From Candidatus Multivoradales bacterium (lineage in GTDB: Bacteria > Acidobacteriota > Thermoanaerobaculia > Multivoradales > Multivoraceae): a stretch of 64,000 bases of DNA. The translations under genes were made by a program, and so were the position numbers. Within the stretch, counting starts at the first letter, position 1. Every line of letters starts with the position of its first letter. The stretch covers positions 1,600,001 through 1,664,000 of the forward strand of contig CBDCWI010000001.1 in the NCBI GenBank assembly GCA_965223325.1, read 5' to 3'. Under the pieces are notes generated by a model, which searched no databases, was not told where the DNA came from, and saw nothing but the letters and a program-made list of their open reading frames with translations. This document shows positions 9,701-15,821 of the stretch, piece after piece.

Positions 9701-10913
9701 TCTCGATGGCAATGGGGTACCCCGCGATGACGACGCCAACCAGGGCAACGATCTGGGCTTCACCTGGTCAACGCCCAACACCGGCCGTATTCGCGTCAAC
9801 ACCGGCACGGTAGCCGACCCGGTCATCGAGTCGCGCTACGTGGCGATCTTCGGTGGCGGCATGGATCCCCAGGACCCGCGAGTCGGGAACTTCATCTACA
9901 TCGTCGATATCGAAACCGGCAAGGCAATCTACAAACGCCCCGTCCTCGGTGCGGTCCCGAGCGCACCTGCCGCTGTCGACGCCGACCTCGACACCTATAT
10001 CGATACCGTCTACGTCGGAACTCTCGCCGGCTACATGTACAAGATCGATCTCTCCCGCCCGCAGCAGCTGCTCGCCGACGTGGGGGCTCCGATCATCAGC
10101 TCGCCGGCCTGGGATCCCTTCCCGATCTACGACACGACCGGCAAACAGGTCTTCATCCCGCCGGCAGTCGTCTATTCACGAGATCACAACGCCTATCTCT
10201 TGTCGTTTGGCACCGGGGATCGCGAGAACATTTTCGCGCGTGAGGAGCCTGGCATCGAGGGGCGCTACGTGACGCTTCTCGATACCTACACTCGACCGAT
10301 TGTCGGCGTACCCGCCGGCCAGAACGGCCCCGAGCACGACGACAAAGCCACTGACACGATGGTCCCGATCACCAACGAGACCAACCTGGTGTCCTTCAGC
10401 TCGACCGGCGGGGCGTCGTTGTCGCCCGACCTGATCTCAGGGGGCGGCTACGTCATCACTCTGGCCCAGCACGAGCGCCTCATCTCACGACCGTTCGCCC
10501 TTTCGGGGCTCCTGGTCTTCAGCACGTTCATTCCCGACACGACCGGCCCGGCTGGAGACAGCTGTGCGGGCGCCGGGTCGTCGAACGTCTACTCACTCTT
10601 GATCACCAACGGCAACGCGATCTCGGGCACCGACCGCTTTCGCACCGTCGACGGTTTCGTCTCGGCACCCTTCGGGTCACCTTCCAGTCGCCCCACCACC
10701 GACAAAGACCTCGGCGGAGAAGGTGCGGGAACGGCGGCCGAGCGAGCACGCATTGCCGACATACGCTCGACTCTGATGAGCCTGATGCCGGCGACATGTC
10801 GGTTCAACAACCTCAACATCGAGCTGCGGGCGGTGCGTTCGGACACCGGGTTCGAGTACGTTGCTGAGGTTCCGGTGTGCACGCAGGTGCGGAACTGGAA
10901 GGACGTGCTCTAG
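6768..10913 (+). CDS. pilY1: PilY1/PilC-like type IV pilus adhesin with vWA domain and C-terminal beta-propeller
   Basis: AGGAGG RBS; signal peptide; MIDAS DTSSS..LTDG; propeller motifs ANDGQIHAID, YIPR, WRTVLVGGLREGG, YALDVT, FGTGD; several DxDxDG Ca-binding loops. Confidence 0.85.
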   Translation: MKHSSLRSIRFSAALSVGVALLAALALPRSTEADDRDLLRSRNSRPYVFAIIDTSSSMNRRPIGPTAIASIDDPQSRLYLAKSALYEVVSDEELQRNAIFGWAHFNYENYFAKRKHFVYTRTSDSAAPAWFSELPWPVPGEPLFFGDPVSIDGGDANYRSCSLPDNNQNDSDRLRRLNYFPKLGSSFNQPMQMVSFINGNDWQINLGVPTSGTIGAPSADGRVSIPVTVIKGCAGSPTPDRIFTDTLVVEPLFVDADGDGNLIPGFEAPGAGGPLQLPSSFVANRFSGQNFGLGGLDDRSSISACSSTTQLDVTDAAGVLSSDLSYPRYDDPLNRGNAFARGDLIPWDWVNYQNRFDADGVKIPPPPGFERTAAEEILARLAPNTVVDGEAVLDADGKKIPDFRVARYFDHDAPLIGNYKMPLRSQFANNPPIAAGGGTPLAGVLEDFGEWFDAWEAVAELPAADGGDPNYECRQRFVILLTDGQESCGGDPAAAASALLGKKVKTFVIGFGDGLTGRLDDIADAGGTGSHDTNGNGIPDCAEYFPEDDDNNGVVDCVEEGAPVAEDRDELVRVLKRLVGATGEQTGAATFSAGGVPAQNSFSPFSAYFGNFFPIQGSSTWHGRVSHFVRPLSQAFQAVIDPLAADRCEERNELFCLAWEANSVMLGLDSGNDQVPSQAEIDAGDLRLGLLPSQRRVLYTIEPGVDGRVGLASRMFEPATGAALRLDLIDGLGYPLNEPDVDSKIDNVVARTLVEKASPNSFVGSRILGDSLHAQSTLVGGPSRTLYLRDEVRDEDRSDGYKEFFDKHRTRRRMLYVPANDGQIHAIDAGNFSEEQAPPDEPPYRTPFDLGTGQEVFSYIPRLMLPHVRRLTETTDHELGIDDTPVRDDFFIDPRHDGIPTVTEREWRTVLVGGLREGGSGYYALDVTQPDKLVESSENPDLLIPQTTASYVPTCITSYNEADCGPVEFPKMLWEFQDLDGNGVPRDDDANQGNDLGFTWSTPNTGRIRVNTGTVADPVIESRYVAIFGGGMDPQDPRVGNFIYIVDIETGKAIYKRPVLGAVPSAPAAVDADLDTYIDTVYVGTLAGYMYKIDLSRPQQLLADVGAPIISSPAWDPFPIYDTTGKQVFIPPAVVYSRDHNAYLLSFGTGDRENIFAREEPGIEGRYVTLLDTYTRPIVGVPAGQNGPEHDDKATDTMVPITNETNLVSFSSTGGASLSPDLISGGGYVITLAQHERLISRPFALSGLLVFSTFIPDTTGPAGDSCAGAGSSNVYSLLITNGNAISGTDRFRTVDGFVSAPFGSPSSRPTTDKDLGGEGAGTAAERARIADIRSTLMSLMPATCRFNNLNIELRAVRSDTGFEYVAEVPVCTQVRNWKDVL

Positions 10914-10947
10914 AAAACCCATGGTTCATACCATGGGTTTTCTAGAG
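10908..10947. repeat. Perfect palindrome (17-bp arms, 6-nt loop) overlapping the pilY1 stop; head of repeat copy 1
   Basis: CTCTAGAAAACCCATGG-TTCATA-CCATGGGTTTTCTAGAG read directly from the sequence. Confidence 0.95.
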
Positions 10948-10962
10948 ATCACTCCTGCGGTG

Positions 10963-12872
10963 ATCGCGGTAGGAGCGCCGGTTGCCCGGCGCCCCCCGCA
11001 CAGATCCCAGCGTGCACTGCTAATGCACTGGGCTCCTGCCTCAGGTATTGACGACAAGTCGCTCATCAGGCCAGGGATGTTGGACTCGGGCTTTGGGTAG
11101 GTAGTGGGCCACCAGGGCCCACATCCGTTTCCAGGACGTGCGGTCTTTGTCACTGCGTCGGCGCAGAGCGCGCATCCAGTGCCGAATGACCTCCTGTCGA
11201 AAGGCGTTCAACGCCGCTGAGTTGCCGGGTACGCCGTAGTAGGCATTGAAGCCTCGCACCACGGATCCCAGCCAGAGACCTTGCTCTGGTAGCGGCGAGT
11301 GTCGGTGTCCCAGAAGGGCCGTACCGACAGCCTTCAGTGTCCTGCGGATTCGGTGGCGGCTCGTGATGCGCTTCAGCAAGAACCTCCCTCGACTAGACTG
11401 CGCACAGCAGTGCGTAAAGCCTAGAAACTCGAAGGTCTCCGGCCGCCCGAGACCTCGCGCGCGTCGGTTGTAGGCCGCAAAGCGGCCAAACTCCAGCAGG
11501 CGCGTCTTCTCGGGTTGGATCTCCAACGAGAAGTCACGGAGTCGCAGGTTCAGTTCCTCGAGGAATCGTTCTGCCTCCTCCTGCCTCTCAAATCCAACGA
11601 TGAAGTCATCCGCGTAGCGCACGAAGATCATGTCCCCAAGCGCGTTGCGTTTCCTCCACTGCTGGACCCAGAGATCGAGCACGTAGTGCAGGTACACGTT
11701 CCCGAGGAGAGGCGAAATCGTCGCCCCCTGAGGAGTCCCCCGCGTGCTCGCGTGCCACTTACCGTCTTCCATCACTCCGGACCTCAGCCATTTCTGGATG
11801 AGGCGAAGGATCCTACGGTCTCCGATACGGTGCTCGAGAAACTTCACCAGCCACTCGTGGTCCAGGGCATCGAAGAACCCACGAATGTCTGCGTCGAGCA
11901 CCCAGTTCACCTTCCGCTTTGTGATTCCAACGAATAGCGCATCCAAAGCATCGTGCTGGCTGCGGCCTCGCCTGAATCCGTATGAGTACCCGAGAAAGTC
12001 TTCCTCGTAGATCGCATCCAACACCGAGACGACGGCGCGCTGAAGGATCTTGTCCTCCAACGTGGCGATGCCAAGCGGTCGGAACCGCCCATCCGATTTC
12101 TCGATGTAGACGCGACGAGTCGCACTCGCCCGGTAGCTCCCACGGTGGACACGAGAGTGCAGGTCCTCGAGATTGCTCAGCAAAGATTCTGCGTACTCGC
12201 TCCATGACACTCCGTCCACTCCTGCCGCTGCGTCTCGGTGCAACACGTCAAATGCGCTCCGGAGTCGCTCGACCGTGATGTGGTGAAGAAGCGCTGTGAA
12301 CTTCACTTCCTTGCCCCTGCGGGCGGCTTCTCGTACACGGCCCAGCGCATTGCTCGCACTCTCCATCCGGCTCTGTGTCCGGGGTGCGTTTTGCTTGCCC
12401 GTGTTCCCCTTGGCCAGGCCCCTTCCCTCCACCGCCTCCGCCGCTGGTCTCCCACCGTTGTTCGACGACTTCGCAGGTACTACGGGCCTGTCTGACTTCC
12501 GCCATCCGTGCGTCATCGGCTTACGGCCTCTAGCCTTCCCGATGCGGACCAGATACCCAACTGGCCAGATCGCGGATCTCCCGGTTCTCGCGCATGGAGA
12601 TTCCACACATGCACAGGGTCTACGACCGCGGGGAGTCGCCGCAGAGCTCGCGATAGCGCGCTACGGAGTCTCGCCTTCCGCTTCGCTTGACAGCGTCGGC
12701 ACTCCCAAATTCTTATTTCGCGGCTCAATACCCGGCCTGTGTGTGCCCCTGTCAACGCTTCACCGCTCCCTCGCGGGAGCCGGCGCATGACTCGGGGACC
12801 CTCTGGGTCGCTACCCCTTCGAGGGTGGGACTCTCTCATTCCTTTCTCCATGCCGGTTTATCCCGGCGTATC
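10963..12872 (-). mobile_element. Group II intron (bacterial class E/F-like, IIB-type, lacking endonuclease domain), 1910 nt
   Basis: Boundaries fixed by comparison with the empty repeat copy at 13065/13066; domain I closing stem GCATGGAGA/TCTCCATGC; EBS1 loop at 12684-12689; DV GAGCCCAGTGCA..TGCACGCTGGGATCT at ~11002-11035; DVI ending CCTACCGCGAT with bulged A at -8. Confidence 0.92.
11041..12516 (-). CDS. ltrA: Group II intron reverse transcriptase/maturase
   Basis: FTALLHH, AAGVDG, RPLGI, GFRRGRSQHDAL, DADIRGFFD, GTPQG..SPLL, RYADD, FEFLGF and domain X; no C-terminal HNH endonuclease; start could be 12606 or 12516. Confidence 0.95.
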   Translation of the reverse strand: MTHGWRKSDRPVVPAKSSNNGGRPAAEAVEGRGLAKGNTGKQNAPRTQSRMESASNALGRVREAARRGKEVKFTALLHHITVERLRSAFDVLHRDAAAGVDGVSWSEYAESLLSNLEDLHSRVHRGSYRASATRRVYIEKSDGRFRPLGIATLEDKILQRAVVSVLDAIYEEDFLGYSYGFRRGRSQHDALDALFVGITKRKVNWVLDADIRGFFDALDHEWLVKFLEHRIGDRRILRLIQKWLRSGVMEDGKWHASTRGTPQGATISPLLGNVYLHYVLDLWVQQWRKRNALGDMIFVRYADDFIVGFERQEEAERFLEELNLRLRDFSLEIQPEKTRLLEFGRFAAYNRRARGLGRPETFEFLGFTHCCAQSSRGRFLLKRITSRHRIRRTLKAVGTALLGHRHSPLPEQGLWLGSVVRGFNAYYGVPGNSAALNAFRQEVIRHWMRALRRRSDKDRTSWKRMWALVAHYLPKARVQHPWPDERLVVNT

Positions 12873-13273
12873 CAAGCGGGCCATCGCCTGGGCCGCGTGC
12901 GGCAGCGACCGCCCTGCTCATGCGATCGAGAACTGCCACGGATCGGGCGCGCACCGCGGATCCCGGGCTTCGATGAAGCGAGGTGGATGGGCGCGCCCGG
13001 CATCCTTAGCCTGACCGAAACCCATGCTGCATACCATGGGTTTTCTAGAGATCACTCCTGCGGTGCAAGCGGGCCATCGCCTGGGCCGCGTGCGGCAGCG
13101 ACCGCCCTGCTCATGCGATCGAGAACTGCCACGGATCGGGCGCGCACCGCGGATCCCGGGCTTCGATGAAGCGAGGTGGATGGGCGCGCCCGGCATCCTT
13201 AGCCTGACCGAAACCCATGGTGCATACCATGGGTTTCTCAAGATCACTCCTGCGGTGCCAGCGGGCCGTCGCC
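12873..13273. repeat. Tandem ~193-bp palindromic intergenic repeat: remainder of copy 1 (12873-13016), full copy 2 (13017-13209), truncated copy 3 (13210-13273)
   Basis: 12873-13026 is identical to 13066-13219 by hand alignment; each unit starts with the AAACCCATG(G/C)-N6-CCATGGGTTT hairpin. Confidence 0.95.
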
Positions 13274-13292
13274 GTGCTCTCCGATTGAGCGC

Positions 13293-14426
13293 TCAGCCTA
13301 TGGCTGCCTTGAGTAGGTAGGCCACGGCCAGGCCGGCGTAGGTGCCTACTGCGTAGCCCAGGATTCCTACTGCCAGACCTGGTACGACCAGGTCGCGCCA
13401 GCCGCGGCTGCTGGCTAGGGCCATGGCGGTGGGGGGGCCGCCAATGGCTGCTTGTGAGGCCACTGAGAGGGTCTCTACGTCTAGCTTCATCACGCGGCCT
13501 AGTAGGTAGAGCACCAGGCCGTGGATGGCTACGACGGTCAGGGTGAACCACAGGATCGACCAGCCGACGACTCTGATCTCGGAGAGCCTCGACGAGATCC
13601 CGATGACTACGAAGAACAGGTGGAGAGCGATGTAGCCGAGGGCGAAGCCACCGTTCAGGTTTCTCGCCCATGGCAGGAAGCCCACGCACAGTGCCAGCGT
13701 GGTCAGGAACAGGACCTCGGGAACCGCGGGAAAGAGCGAGCCGAGCCAGGAGGCTGCGAGGACTACGGCCAGGCCCACGAGCAACAGGCTGAGAGCGTCC
13801 ATTGGTGACAGCCTGCCGAGCATCATCTCCGACTCGGGCGGTCGTTCGTTCGCGGAGGCTCCCGGTGCTTCGAGCTTTCTTTTTGGATAGTAGGCCGCCA
13901 GCCAGACAGGCAGTACGAGCGACATGCCAACCCACAGGCCAGTGGCTACGTTGTCGGCGGCGGTGGCGGCTGCGAACATGGACGGTGACAACTCGACGGC
14001 TCGCTCGACTGCCACGAAATTGAGGCTTCCACCACTGTAGGTACCGGTCATCACTCCGCCGAGTTTCCAGGTCTCGGCACCGAGCTCCCGGCCGAACGCG
14101 ACGACGGCGACGACCGCACCGACTGCGGTGGCGAAGACCGCCAGGCCAAACGCCTGGAGCATGCGCGGCCCCGTCGCGCGAAGGCGATCCAGCCGCAGCG
14201 ACAACAACAACCATACGATCGCAAGCGACACCAGCGGCCCTGAGATCACTTGATAGACCTTCGACTCGGCGGGTACCAGGCCGGCGTTCGAGAGCAACGC
14301 ACCGAAAACGATCGCCAAGAGCGGAGCACCCAACACGCGCAGACCCGCAAATCGCCCTTCGAGCCAGAACGACAAGGCGACAATGGCGACGATGAGCGCG
14401 AGGAGTGCTGTTGGATGGTCGAGCAT
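13293..14426 (-). CDS. DUF819 family membrane protein
   Basis: About 11 TM segments; GTYSGGSLNF, ASQAAIGGPPTA, GILGYAVGTY motifs. Confidence 0.85.
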   Translation of the reverse strand: MLDHPTALLALIVAIVALSFWLEGRFAGLRVLGAPLLAIVFGALLSNAGLVPAESKVYQVISGPLVSLAIVWLLLSLRLDRLRATGPRMLQAFGLAVFATAVGAVVAVVAFGRELGAETWKLGGVMTGTYSGGSLNFVAVERAVELSPSMFAAATAADNVATGLWVGMSLVLPVWLAAYYPKRKLEAPGASANERPPESEMMLGRLSPMDALSLLLVGLAVVLAASWLGSLFPAVPEVLFLTTLALCVGFLPWARNLNGGFALGYIALHLFFVVIGISSRLSEIRVVGWSILWFTLTVVAIHGLVLYLLGRVMKLDVETLSVASQAAIGGPPTAMALASSRGWRDLVVPGLAVGILGYAVGTYAGLAVAYLLKAAIG

Positions 14427-14595
14427 TGGCGGAGGTCTTCTGAGCGAGCCGTTCCCGGAACCGCGCCCATCGAGGGTGCAGGTGCAATGAAATGTTCACA
14501 GCGGCGGGCAGAAACCATGCACCCACCGGGACCGGGCCCGGCCCATGGGATGCACGGAGCGCGCTCTCCCGCCGTAGAACCCGCGAGTTGTCGGG

Positions 14596-15510
14596 ATGAA
14601 AGTGGTACCAATCTACCCCAAGGTCTCACTTCAACCGCGCATTGCCGTTCCTCGGCCTTCTATGCCAGCATCCATCGCCTGGCCTCAGGCCATCTCCCAG
14701 GCACTGCCGCCCATGACAGCCCCCGACAACGACACACCCCCGGCGCCAGCTGGCGCCCTGCCCACGGAAGTGGAGATAGCGGGTACGCCTGCGCCTCAAA
14801 CATCGGATTCAACGGAGCAGGAGGTCTCGCGCGGTGGCCGCCTGTGGGCCGACTGGGGGCGACCCTTCCTGATCATTGTGATCGTCATGAGCACCCTTCG
14901 CTCGACGGTGGCCGACTGGAATCACGTGCCAACGGGCTCGATGGAGCCGACGATCCTGGTTGGCGACCGCATCTTCGTCAACAAACTCGCCTACGACCTC
15001 AGGCTGCCATTCACGATGGTCCGCTTGACGCGCTGGCACTCACCGCAGCCTGGTGACCTGATCGTCTTTCGTTCGCCCAAGGACGGCCGGCGCGTGGTCA
15101 AGCGGGTCATCGGTCTGCCCGGCGATACCGTGAGCCTGCGATCCAACCGCCTTTCGGTCAACGACGAAGAGGCGCGCTACCAGCCGCTCGATGCCTCGAC
15201 GCTGCCCTACGTGGCCTCGGCATCACTCGACTTCTACGACTTCCAGACCGAGTCCTCGCGCGCTCTCGCGTCTCACCCGATCATGACCTCGCCACGGTTA
15301 CCGTCACAGGCGACCTTCGGGCCTGTCAAGGTGCCCGACGGTCACCTCTTTGTCCTCGGCGATAGCCGCGACGACAGTTTTGACTCGCGCTTCTTCGGCT
15401 TCGTCGAGAAGGATCGTGTGTTCGGCCGCGCACACGCCATCGCCCTCTCGGTTGATCCAACCGAAGGCTACAAGCCGCGTTGGGGGCGCTTCTTCCAGAC
15501 GCTCGACTAG
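14596..15510 (+). CDS. lepB: Signal peptidase I
   Basis: PTGSMEPT (catalytic Ser), VKRVIGLPGD (catalytic Lys), GDSRDDSFDSR; true start may be further downstream. Confidence 0.93.
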   Translation: MKVVPIYPKVSLQPRIAVPRPSMPASIAWPQAISQALPPMTAPDNDTPPAPAGALPTEVEIAGTPAPQTSDSTEQEVSRGGRLWADWGRPFLIIVIVMSTLRSTVADWNHVPTGSMEPTILVGDRIFVNKLAYDLRLPFTMVRLTRWHSPQPGDLIVFRSPKDGRRVVKRVIGLPGDTVSLRSNRLSVNDEEARYQPLDASTLPYVASASLDFYDFQTESSRALASHPIMTSPRLPSQATFGPVKVPDGHLFVLGDSRDDSFDSRFFGFVEKDRVFGRAHAIALSVDPTEGYKPRWGRFFQTLD

Positions 15511-15548
15511 ACCCTCGCTCGACGAGACCCAAAGGGTCCGAGCAGGTT

Positions 15549-15743
15549 TCAGCGGGCAGCTTTGGGCATCACGATCCAGAGCAGCAGGTAGGCGAGCATG
15601 CCGGGAAACGCAGCCGACAGAACCGAGATGACAACGTAGAGCACTCGCACCCAGGTCGGGCTCCAGCCCAGCCATTCGGCCAGGCCACCACAAACGCCAC
15701 CCAGTAGGGCGTGCTTACGTGATCGGTGTAGTGGTCTATTCAT
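15549..15743 (-). CDS. pspC: PspC domain protein
   Basis: LHRSR..LGGVCGGLAEWLG..VR..YLLLWIVMP. Confidence 0.9.
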   Translation of the reverse strand: MNRPLHRSRKHALLGGVCGGLAEWLGWSPTWVRVLYVVISVLSAAFPGMLAYLLLWIVMPKAAR

Positions 15744-15821
15744 CGTGGTCTCGCTCAAGGACTCCTACCTCGCTTCTGGTCTCCGTTTTGGGTGCAGGCC
15801 GACCTACCCTGTGCCGGCCGG

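Noticed and set aside
11041-12606. RT as a retron, DGR or defence RT associated with the repeats
   Set aside because: The protein has group II maturase motifs and lies within recognisable intron domains I, V and VI; there is no adenine-specific TR/VR divergence between repeat copies
10915-13273. CRISPR array (three palindromic ~30-50 bp repeats)
   Set aside because: The intervening ~145-bp segments are identical rather than unique spacers, and no cas genes are present
12873-13273. Integron attC sites / class C-attC intron
   Set aside because: No RYYYAAC...GTTRRRY boundaries, no cassette ORFs and no integrase; the intron ends and DV are not class C-like
12687-13320. ORFs spanning the repeat units (12687-13169, 13024-13320, 12918-13247)
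   Set aside because: The unit length of 193 is not a multiple of 3, the translations are low-complexity Arg/Pro-rich, and there is no RBS
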